NCBI GenBank assembly: GCA_041390825.1
Contig: JAWKPF010000013.1
Location: forward strand, 67,949-131,948
Direction: 5' to 3'
Origin: Thermomicrobiales bacterium
GTDB taxonomy: Bacteria; Chloroflexota; Chloroflexia; Thermomicrobiales; UBA6265
DNA: 64,000 nt
A program made the position numbers and the translations under genes. The notes below the pieces were generated by a model. It saw nothing but the letters and a program-made list of their open reading frames with translations. It searched no databases and was not told the origin of the DNA. This document shows positions 44,235-52,465 of the stretch, piece after piece; the stretch's first letter is position 1; every line of letters starts with the position of its first letter.

Positions 44235-45659
44235 ATGATGACGGGTGACGACGGGCGTCACAGGGCGCAGGACGCTGGGCCTCGGACCATCGCGGCCATG
44301 ATCGATCTTGGTCTGGACCGCATGGAAGCCTGGGAAGCGGGCTGGCGAGCATTCCCGGTCGATGCGAGCTGGGATGTGGATGCGGCGGCGATGTCCGAGG
44401 CGATCGAGGCGCTGACGGAGCGGTTGACGGACAACTACCCCTTTTTCCATCCCGACTATGCGGCGCAGATGCTGATGCCTCCGCATCCGGTGGCGGCGGC
44501 GGCGTATGCCATCGCGCAGCGGATCAATCCGAATGCGCATGCGAATGACGGCGGTCCGGCAACGACCAGGCTGGAGATCGAGGTGGTCGATACCCACAAG
44601 GCGATGTTCGGCTACGACCCGAAGACGTCGCTGGGGCACCTGACCTCCAGCGGGACGATTGCCAATCTGGAGGCGCTCTGGGTCTCACGGGAACTCCATC
44701 CGGACAAGTCGATCGCCTATTCGAGACTGGCCCACTACACGCATGCGCGCATGTGCGATGTGTTGCGCATGGAAGGCGTTGCCATCGAACCCGATGCGCT
44801 GGGACGGATCGATCTGGATGCGCTCGAGCGTGCGCTGAAATCGGGCCGCGTGGGGACGGTGGTCGCGACGGCGGGTTCGACCGGAACGGGTTCGGTCGAT
44901 CAGGTGGACGAAATCGTGCCACTGGCGGCGCGCTATGGCGTGCGGGTGCATGTGGATGCCGCCTATGGCGGGTATTTCGTGCTGCTGGCGGGAACGGATG
45001 CGCTCGATCCAGCGGTGGCGCGGGCGTTCCGGGCAATCAGGGATGCGGACAGTATCGTGGTCGATCCGCACAAGCGCGGGTTGCAGCCGTACGGGTGTGG
45101 GTCGGTGTTTTTCAGGGACGCGACGGTCGGGCGGTTCTACAAGCACGACTCGCCGTACACCTATTTCACGTCGGCGGAGCTGCACCTGGGAGAGATCAGT
45201 CTCGAATGCTCGCGGGCAGGCGCGGCGGCAGCGGCGCTCTGGACGACGATGCGGGTCTTGCCTTTGGAAGCGGAACGAGGCTTGGGGCCGGTGCTGGCGC
45301 GCACCCGGGGGGCGGCGGTGCGTTGGGCGGAGCTGATTCGGGAGTCGGAGATCCTGCGGTTGGCGATGGAGCCAGCATTGGACATTGTGACGTTCTACCC
45401 GGTGGTGGAGGGGGAGCAGCGGGTTTCGGCGATCAGCGCGGAGACACAGCGAGTGTTCGAAGCGTTGATGAACGATCCGGTCGAACCGGTCTACCTGGCG
45501 ACATTGAAAGTGCGTCCGCCGCTGCTGTCAGGTGATGCGTCGTTGGTCTGGGATCAGGACGAGTTGCTGGTGTTCCGTAGCGTGTTGATGCAGCCGGAGC
45601 ATTTCGATGCGGTTCCGAATTTGCACCGGCGGGTCGCGGAAGCGGTGAATTGGCCGTAG
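44235..45659 (+). CDS. group II PLP-dependent amino-acid decarboxylase (Tyr/Glu/Asp/DABA decarboxylase family)
   Basis: 474-aa ORF with SSGTIANLEALWVSRE and the PLP-lysine motif SIVVDPHKRGLQPYGCGSVFF. Confidence 0.85.
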   Translation: MMTGDDGRHRAQDAGPRTIAAMIDLGLDRMEAWEAGWRAFPVDASWDVDAAAMSEAIEALTERLTDNYPFFHPDYAAQMLMPPHPVAAAAYAIAQRINPNAHANDGGPATTRLEIEVVDTHKAMFGYDPKTSLGHLTSSGTIANLEALWVSRELHPDKSIAYSRLAHYTHARMCDVLRMEGVAIEPDALGRIDLDALERALKSGRVGTVVATAGSTGTGSVDQVDEIVPLAARYGVRVHVDAAYGGYFVLLAGTDALDPAVARAFRAIRDADSIVVDPHKRGLQPYGCGSVFFRDATVGRFYKHDSPYTYFTSAELHLGEISLECSRAGAAAAALWTTMRVLPLEAERGLGPVLARTRGAAVRWAELIRESEILRLAMEPALDIVTFYPVVEGEQRVSAISAETQRVFEALMNDPVEPVYLATLKVRPPLLSGDASLVWDQDELLVFRSVLMQPEHFDAVPNLHRRVAEAVNWP

Positions 45660-45690
45660 TGGCGGCACCCGTTGCCACGGGTGCCGCCAC
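45659..45690. terminator. perfect 12-bp hairpin between convergent genes
   Basis: GTGGCGGCACCC-GTTGCCAC-GGGTGCCGCCAC, starting at the last base of the decarboxylase stop codon (45657-45659). There is no U-tract. Confidence 0.5.
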
Positions 45691-45725
45691 TGTGCAGGCG
45701 GCCGTGGATGGCGATGGCGGGTGTG

Positions 45726-46229
45726 TTATGCGGCGTCGAGCCAGCGGCGGATCTGGGGTTCGTGCTCGATGTGGAGATGGTCGAACCAGGAGCGGTCGAG
45801 CATCGATTCGGCGATCGATTGCCCATTCATCCAGAGAAAGTAGTCTGGATCGGTGAGGGCATCGTCTGGCAGGGCGAGGATGACGGTGCGCAGGCGGGCG
45901 AAGGTTTCCGCGTAGGCGTCGAGCACCTCATCGGCGGGGATGTCGCGGTCGCGCTGGTAGAGCCAGGCGTTGATCTCGTCGTCGCCGGTCAGCGCGGACG
46001 GCCAGGGGGCCGGCGGTTCGGGTTCGCCGCGGGCCTCGGCTTCCAGGAGACGAATGCCACCGTCTCGCCAGGCAAGCAGATGGGCGGTTACATCGCGGAA
46101 CGACCAGGCGCCGGTGACGCCCGGCTCATCCATGCGATCCGGGTCGACATCGGCGAGCAGGGCTTCCCATTCGGTGCGCTCTTCGTCGATGATTTCGACG
46201 AGCTGGTGCTTCAGCTTGGAGTTGGTCAC
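45726..46229 (-). CDS. DinB/ClbS-like four-helix-bundle protein (DUF1706-like)
   Basis: ORF 45726..46313, with GTG 46227-46229 after AGGAGA. The pattern EWEALLADVDPDRMDEPGVTGAWSFRDVTAHLLAW resembles the ClbS/DfsB and DinB families. Confidence 0.65.
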   Translation of the reverse strand: MTNSKLKHQLVEIIDEERTEWEALLADVDPDRMDEPGVTGAWSFRDVTAHLLAWRDGGIRLLEAEARGEPEPPAPWPSALTGDDEINAWLYQRDRDIPADEVLDAYAETFARLRTVILALPDDALTDPDYFLWMNGQSIAESMLDRSWFDHLHIEHEPQIRRWLDAA

Positions 46230-46491
46230 TGCCAAACGTCTCCTGGCTGCCGGCGTGTTCCTCGCCGGCGAAAAGACCGTCAAGAGTGGGTTCAAGAACA
46301 CCTGGACAAACATTCGGGCGCACGTCCTCCTTAGGAGCCATTCCCATAGCGCCCCCGCACTCTGGTTCAGTAGAACGAGCGTGGGCGGCTGATGTGAGAT
46401 AGTCGTGTGAGCAATTTCGGATTCGACTGCGGGCGGTGCGGCATACTGCCGTTCGCATCTTGGTTTTCATGGGAGTGGGGTTGGGCGAACG

Positions 46492-47409
46492 ATGTGGAGA
46501 GCACCGCTGCGAGGGTTCCTGCTGGTGTTGGTGGTCGCCGGGGTGGCGGTCCTGTCAGTTGGCCTCTGGGCGCGCTACACGATCTACGACCAGGACCAGT
46601 TCGTGTCGGTGGTTTCCGGTCTTTCCGCCGATCCAGCCGTGCAGCAGGTAGCCATCGAGCGCACGATGGCAGCGATCGACAAACAGGTCGAGGAGCGAAC
46701 TGGCGCCCAATCGCTCTCGCCGACGATCGCGTTCACCTATCAGATGTTCCGGCCGCAGATCGAGAGCGGCATTACCGCGGCGTTGCACTCGCCCCGTTGG
46801 GAGCCGATCTGGGAACAAGCGCTGCGCGAATTGCACGGTCCGCTGACCGATCTGCTGAAGGGGCACGACACTCCCTATCTGGTCCAAACCGACAATGAAG
46901 TGCAGTTCAATCTCTTTCCGCTCTACGAACAGGCGAAGATGCAGCTCGCCGCGCAGGGCATCGGCGTGCTGGACCAACTCCAACTAACGAGCGACGATCT
47001 CTGGGTCTCGATTCTGAAGGGCGATACGTTGGTGCAGGTGCAAGAGTACGTGCGCCTCTTCAACCGGTTGCTGGCGGTGGGCATTATCGTTTCGGTCCTG
47101 TCGGGAGTCGGCTATGTACTGCTGTCGAGCCGCAAGCTGCGCGCGATGGCCTGGCTGGTGCTGGCGATCGGGGTTGGCTGGCTGATCCAGCGCGTGGCGC
47201 TCGAGATCGGCAAGCGGCAACTCGTGGATGAGCTGGACACCGGAAGTGAGCGAGGCGCCGCGCAGCGGTTCTACGACACGCTCCTGGGCGACCTGCGCAC
47301 GTTCGAGCTGTGGGCGCTGATCGCGGCGGTAGTGGCGGCAGCGGGGATCTACCTCTTCGACCGCTTCTATATGCAAAAGAAGGTGAAGGAAATCGACGCG
47401 GCTGCCTAG
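46492..47409 (+). CDS. membrane protein, hypothetical
   Basis: 305-aa ORF with an N-terminal TM (FLLVLVVAGVAVLSVGLW) and three further hydrophobic segments near the C-terminus. No family recognised. Confidence 0.6.
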   Translation: MWRAPLRGFLLVLVVAGVAVLSVGLWARYTIYDQDQFVSVVSGLSADPAVQQVAIERTMAAIDKQVEERTGAQSLSPTIAFTYQMFRPQIESGITAALHSPRWEPIWEQALRELHGPLTDLLKGHDTPYLVQTDNEVQFNLFPLYEQAKMQLAAQGIGVLDQLQLTSDDLWVSILKGDTLVQVQEYVRLFNRLLAVGIIVSVLSGVGYVLLSSRKLRAMAWLVLAIGVGWLIQRVALEIGKRQLVDELDTGSERGAAQRFYDTLLGDLRTFELWALIAAVVAAAGIYLFDRFYMQKKVKEIDAAA

Positions 47410-47412
47410 CGT

Positions 47413-47447
47413 GGGGGCCGGGGCCCTGAGCTATGAGCCCTGAGACG
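47413..47447. repeat. heptanucleotide tandem tract, 5 units (GGGGCCC/TGAGCCC)
   Basis: gggggcc ggggccc tgagcta tgagccc tgagacg. The tract starts 4 nt after the stop codon at 47407-47409. Confidence 0.75.
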
Positions 47448-47509
47448 AGGGTAGGCGGCAGAGGTTCTGTTCTTCAGGCGCCGAGTCTACGGAAGGGAGC
47501 GTCCTTCGT

Positions 47510-48319
47510 ATGACGACACCCATTCGAACCGAGCTGGCTGGACCGCTGCGCGAGCAGCCCCCGGCGGACCGGATGGCGGGGCGGATTTGCCTGGTGGTGG
47601 GCGCCACGCGGGGTATTGGGCGGGCCACGGCGTTGCGCATGGCGGCGGAGGGCGCGGCGGGGGTGGCGATTGCCGGGCGAAATACGACGCTGGGCGAGAA
47701 GCTGGCGGACGAACTGAACGGACTGGGGGCGGAGAGCCTCTTCGTGCCAGCCGATGTCACGCTGGAAGCAGATTTGGCGACCCTGGTGGATCGGGTAGTC
47801 GCGCGGTTTGGGCGGATCGACGCGGTGTGCAACAACGCGGGACACCAGGAGCGGCGCGCGCCAATCCTGGATCAGACCGACGAAGCCTATGCGCAGGTGT
47901 TCGATACCAATGTGCGCTTCCTCTTTAATGCGATGCGTTTCGAGATCGCGGCGATGCTCCCGACGGGCGGGGGAACGATCGTCAATACGACCAGCGTGAG
48001 CGGGGTGCGCAATCCCTATCCAGGGTTCGCGCTCTACAACGCCTCCAAGGCAGCGGCGATCGCGCTGACCCGGTCGGCAGCGCTGGAGTATGCGCCGCAG
48101 GGCGTGCGGATCAATTCGGTGGCGCCGGGGCGGGTGGTGACCGATATGATGCTGTCGACCGGGGTGGGGGATATGCAGGCAGTGGCGGCGGGGTTGCCGT
48201 TGCGGCGCATGGGGCATCCGGAAGAGGTGGCGATGGCTGCGGTCTGGCTGCTGTCGGACGAGTCGAGCTATGTCGTGGGGCATGTGCTCTGCGCCGATGG
48301 GGGATTCCTGGCAGGGTAG
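47510..48319 (+). CDS. SDR-family oxidoreductase
   Basis: 269-aa ORF with VVGATRGIGRA, NNAG and YNASKAA motifs. Confidence 0.9.
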   Translation: MTTPIRTELAGPLREQPPADRMAGRICLVVGATRGIGRATALRMAAEGAAGVAIAGRNTTLGEKLADELNGLGAESLFVPADVTLEADLATLVDRVVARFGRIDAVCNNAGHQERRAPILDQTDEAYAQVFDTNVRFLFNAMRFEIAAMLPTGGGTIVNTTSVSGVRNPYPGFALYNASKAAAIALTRSAALEYAPQGVRINSVAPGRVVTDMMLSTGVGDMQAVAAGLPLRRMGHPEEVAMAAVWLLSDESSYVVGHVLCADGGFLAG

Positions 48320-48407
48320 GCGGATAGAGCATGGTGCGAACCGGCGCAATAGTCGATCATTGACTATGACGCTGGCCGTTCGGCCGATCAGGACGTTGTG
48401 CACTCCC

Positions 48408-49412
48408 ATGAAACCGCTCCTCATCGATCCCAGAACCTTTTCGCCCAATGGGGCCAATGTGGTCCTGGCGCAGGAGATTCGCTTCGACGGCGCGCGGTTC
48501 CATAAAGGGCAACCGGTGACCGGCGAGATGCTGGAGCGGTTGCGTGCCTATCCGGAACCGTTGCACGGGATGTTGCTCGAAGCGAACGATGTGCACGAGG
48601 ACGATGCCGCGCTGGCGATTGCGGGAGCTGCGGCAGGGCCCGGCGTGGTGCTCGGGAAGCCGGTACAAAGCCGCGTGAATCTGAAAGCAGAGCATAAGGG
48701 TCTCTTGCGGATCGACCGGGCAGCGGTCGATGCGATCAACGCGCTGCCGGATCTGGGGCTGTTCACGTTGCTGGACCGGATGGCGGTGCTGCCCGGCAAG
48801 ATCGTTGCGGGAGCGAAGATCACACCGGTGGCGACCAGGAGGTCGCTGATCGACGAGGCAGTGCGGATTGCCTCGCAATCCAAGGTCGTGCAGGTGAAGC
48901 CGTTCCGCCCGCTCAAGATCGGAGTGGTGACCACCGAGGCGATGGACGAGAAGACGTGCGCGCGGTTCGAACGGGCGGTCGAAACCAAGACCGGCTGGTA
49001 TGGGGGCGAGCTGCTGGGGTACCGCGCGGTGGCCAACGACCCCGGGGCGGTCGCGGCGGCGTTGTTCGGGTTTCTGGATGAGGGGGCCGATCTGCTGATG
49101 ACGGGCGGCGGCAACACGATGGACCCGATGGATGGGGCGCTGGGGGCGATTCCGCTGGTGGAAGGGCAGGTAGTGCGCATCGGGGCGCCAGCGCATCCGG
49201 GGAGTATGTTCTGGTTGGCGTACACCGGCGATGTGCCGATCTTCAACCTGGCGTCGTGCTCGATGTATTCGCAATCGACTGTGGCCGATCTCGTGCTCCC
49301 CTGGATCATGGCGGGGGAGCGGGTGACGTCGACCGATCTGGCCGGGATCGGGTATGGGGGGTTGCTCGACCGGGATATGCAGTTCCGCTTCCCGCCGTAC
49401 GAGGATGCGTAG
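48408..49412 (+). CDS. molybdopterin-binding (MoeA/CinA-like) domain protein
   Basis: ORF 48270..49412, starting at ATG 48408 (alternative 48366). Contains KIGVVTT...DLLMTGGGNTMDPMD, typical of the MoCF-biosynthesis-type domain. Confidence 0.6.
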   Translation: MKPLLIDPRTFSPNGANVVLAQEIRFDGARFHKGQPVTGEMLERLRAYPEPLHGMLLEANDVHEDDAALAIAGAAAGPGVVLGKPVQSRVNLKAEHKGLLRIDRAAVDAINALPDLGLFTLLDRMAVLPGKIVAGAKITPVATRRSLIDEAVRIASQSKVVQVKPFRPLKIGVVTTEAMDEKTCARFERAVETKTGWYGGELLGYRAVANDPGAVAAALFGFLDEGADLLMTGGGNTMDPMDGALGAIPLVEGQVVRIGAPAHPGSMFWLAYTGDVPIFNLASCSMYSQSTVADLVLPWIMAGERVTSTDLAGIGYGGLLDRDMQFRFPPYEDA

Positions 49413-49588
49413 TCGCCAGTCTCAAGTTGCCAGTAGCGTGTCACGAATGGTTCGAACGATGTATCGTTTGTCGTGCGTACATTGTGACGCTCATGAACTA
49501 TCATTCCCTACTTGGACTGCTACGCGAGTGGATATCCGGGCGACGGGTCGGCTAGCCCCACTGACCCTCGACGAGACAAGGCGTTGTT

Positions 49589-52189
49589 GTGGCACCCGCC
49601 ACGTTCGAAGTCATTCCGCGTGAACGATTGCTCGATCTGATCGATTCGCCAGAGTTGGCGCCGGTCACATTGATCACTGCCCCTGCCGGGTATGGCAAGT
49701 CGACCCTTGCACATCAATGGGCGGAACGCCATGCGCCGCTGACGTGTGGTTGGTACCAGATTCGCACCGAGCACAATGCGCTAAATACCTTCCTCCATCA
49801 TCTCTGGCGCGCTGTCGATGACGCCACCGGCAGACCAGAACCGGAACCCGAGACGATCACCGTCGCTCTCCTGCTCGGCCGACTTGGCGCCCTGCCCAGC
49901 CTGACAATCCTCGTGCTCGATGACTACCACCTCATCGAGAACGGTCTTGTCCATCAGGCGCTGGAGCAGCTTGTTCACGACCTTCCCCCAGGCACGCACC
50001 TGTTCATTCTCAGCCGGCAGGTTCCGGATATCCCGCTTGCGCGCTTGCGAGCGTATGGTCGTGTGCGACAGATCGAGCAGAGCGATCTCGCCTTTACCTT
50101 CGACGAAGTCAAGCAGGTGTTCGCACGGGCGGATGTCGATGACAAGACGCTTGGACGGTTGACGCGGAAGTCAGAGGGATGGATTGCCGGGCTCCAACTG
50201 TTGTTGATGTCGGTCAATCTGAACAGCGACTCCGCACCCAGGCAGCTCGACCGGCTGATCAGGACGACGACCGAGCACCGGTTGCTCAACGACTACATCG
50301 TCGAAGAGGTGCTCGAAGCGCTCCCGGACGATCTGCGCCGGTTCGTGCTCGATACGGTTGTGCTCGAAACCCTCGAGCCAGAGCTCTGCAATTACGTGCT
50401 TCAGATCAAGCGGAGCAGGCGGCTTCTCGTCCAGCTCGAGGATGCGGTTGTCTTTGTGGGACGCCCAGGGGGGATTGGGCGCTCGCTCGCCTACCACCGG
50501 CTTTTCGCGGAGTGTGTGCAGCGGGTTCGGCTGAACAGCGGAATCGAGCCGTCCGCGAATGAGCTCCGGATGCGGGCCGCGCGCTGGCATCACGCGCATG
50601 GAAATCTGGAAGCGGCCGCAGATTATGCGCTCGCCGCTGAAGCCTGGGATGAGGCGGCCACGATCATTTGCGAGTTCATCCCGCTCGACTTCGCGCACAC
50701 GAACGTCTGGGACTCGATGTACTGGCTGGGACGCTTGCCGGAAACGGCGTTGCGGAAGAACCTGCCGTTGTTCCAGAGCTATATCACCGCGCTGCTCGGG
50801 AATGGGTATATCGACAAGGCGCGTCCGTTGGTCGAGTCCTTCTTCAGTGCTCCTGAGATCGCACCCACACCACGGCAGCAAGGTTGGCACGCCACGCAGC
50901 GCGCCTACATTGCCTTTGTCGATGGAGATCGGGACGAGGCGCTCTATCAGAGTTATCGAGCGCTTGGGTTGCTGCCCACGGACGATGCGTCTGGCCGTCT
51001 GCTGGCCTGGGCCGGGATTCATCGCGAGAGCTACGCACGCGGGGAGCGCGCGTTGGCGCAGGAGGCGCTGCGGCAGGCGGAAGCCGATCACCGGCGACAG
51101 GCGCGCGAATCGATCTACTGGCACTTTCTCATGTCGCCGGACATTTCGAATGACGTGGCGATCCGGGGAGAGCTATTCGATGCGGAAGCGCTGAACCGGC
51201 ATTTCATGTCATTGCTTCCGGCCCCGATGCAAGCGTCGCTCGGCGCGTTCAAGCTTCGACTGCTCTGTATCTATCTGGAGCAGAATCGGCTCGACCTGGC
51301 AGCGGTCGAGGTGGAAGACATTCTCGCGGAACTACAGGAGCGCACCTATCTGATCTGGTCGTCAGGCGCCCTGGTGGCCGTTGCCAATTACTACCTGGCG
51401 ACAGGAGAACCCGAGCGCGCGTGGGAGACACTGCAACACGCATTGCAGGTGACCCGTCAACACGGCGGACGCGAGTTGATTCGCAAGGCACAGACGGGTA
51501 TTGCCAACTACTGGCTTCAGACCGGTCAGGACGGCTTGGCCCACGTCTGGGCAGGGCTCACCCACATCGATCCTCATGTGATCCGGGCGTTTGGCGATGT
51601 GGACCCACGAACGTTGCACGCGCAGATGATGTTCCGTGAGAAGCGGTACGCGGAAGCGTTGGCACTGCTCGACGAATCGATCGGTCTGGCGCGCTCGATC
51701 GGCAATGTAGCCGCCGAGATCCAGTTCCTCGTCTGGGCGTCGGTCGTGTCGCGCGCCATGGGCGCCCGGGACGAGGCGGATGACTCTCTGCGCCGGGCGC
51801 TCGAGTTGGGCGCGCCCGGAGGGTTCCATCGTGTCTATTCCAGCACCGACGCCGATCTGAGTGAGGCGATCCGGGCACTGCTCCCAACACTGAGCGAGCG
51901 GGCTCGGCATCATGCCAGCACGTTGGTCGGCGAGCAAGCGCCACCCGAGCCGGCTCCCTGGGCTGGAGCGCACTTGACCGACCGGGAGCGGGAGGTGCTC
52001 GGCGAGCTGATGTGCGGCAAGAGCACGCGAGAGATCGCGGGCGCGCTCTTCATCACCGAGCGCACCGTCAAGAAGCATTTGGCGAACCTCTTTCAGAAGA
52101 CCGGCACGCAGAATCGCTATGCGCTCGCCGTCTGGGGCCGCGAGCGAATGCATACACGTCCCACGCCCCCGAACATTGCGGTTCGGTAG
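49589..52189 (+). CDS. MalT-like large LuxR-family regulator (P-loop NTPase + helical repeats + LuxR HTH)
   Basis: 866-aa ORF with Walker A TAPAGYGKSTLA and Walker B LVLDDYH. C-terminal HTH is LTDREREVLGELMCGKSTREIAGALFITERTVKKHLANLFQKTG. Confidence 0.85.
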   Translation: MAPATFEVIPRERLLDLIDSPELAPVTLITAPAGYGKSTLAHQWAERHAPLTCGWYQIRTEHNALNTFLHHLWRAVDDATGRPEPEPETITVALLLGRLGALPSLTILVLDDYHLIENGLVHQALEQLVHDLPPGTHLFILSRQVPDIPLARLRAYGRVRQIEQSDLAFTFDEVKQVFARADVDDKTLGRLTRKSEGWIAGLQLLLMSVNLNSDSAPRQLDRLIRTTTEHRLLNDYIVEEVLEALPDDLRRFVLDTVVLETLEPELCNYVLQIKRSRRLLVQLEDAVVFVGRPGGIGRSLAYHRLFAECVQRVRLNSGIEPSANELRMRAARWHHAHGNLEAAADYALAAEAWDEAATIICEFIPLDFAHTNVWDSMYWLGRLPETALRKNLPLFQSYITALLGNGYIDKARPLVESFFSAPEIAPTPRQQGWHATQRAYIAFVDGDRDEALYQSYRALGLLPTDDASGRLLAWAGIHRESYARGERALAQEALRQAEADHRRQARESIYWHFLMSPDISNDVAIRGELFDAEALNRHFMSLLPAPMQASLGAFKLRLLCIYLEQNRLDLAAVEVEDILAELQERTYLIWSSGALVAVANYYLATGEPERAWETLQHALQVTRQHGGRELIRKAQTGIANYWLQTGQDGLAHVWAGLTHIDPHVIRAFGDVDPRTLHAQMMFREKRYAEALALLDESIGLARSIGNVAAEIQFLVWASVVSRAMGARDEADDSLRRALELGAPGGFHRVYSSTDADLSEAIRALLPTLSERARHHASTLVGEQAPPEPAPWAGAHLTDREREVLGELMCGKSTREIAGALFITERTVKKHLANLFQKTGTQNRYALAVWGRERMHTRPTPPNIAVR

Positions 52190-52234
52190 GTGCGATAGCA
52201 GCCGTTCGAAACCGACATGCGCGCGGGTGTGAGA

Positions 52235-52312
52235 GGTGTACTTGCGTACACCAGTACGTACACCATGAACGGACAGACTCGCCCAAATTGAAAGTGTCCG
52301 AACGTACACTTT
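52235..52312 (+). promoter_or_regulatory. cluster of GTACAC / GTGTAC motifs upstream of the LPXTG gene (candidate regulator sites)
   Basis: GGTGTAC-TTGC-GTACACC forms an inverted repeat at 52235-52252. GTACAC also occurs at 52258-52263 and 52304-52309. AAAGTGT-N8-ACACTTT lies at 52291-52312. Confidence 0.35.
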
Positions 52313-52465
52313 CTGGTCTTCCGGGGCATCCCCAACACTTACGATGAGAGGCTCTACCCGCATAGGGGATCTGGTGCTGTTTGCGACTCAGCACTGGCGC
52401 TGCCTGCTGTCCTCTCGTGTGAGTCGCGGTCGACGTCACGCTCTTTCGAAAGGCGGAGTTGGGGC

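Noticed and set aside
37740-52189. The STAND-type NTPases (37740..40058 and 49589..52189) as Avs-like antiphage sensors
   Set aside because: Both carry DNA-binding HTH domains (XRE or LuxR) rather than nuclease, protease or other effector domains. They resemble ordinary large AfsR/MalT-type transcription regulators.
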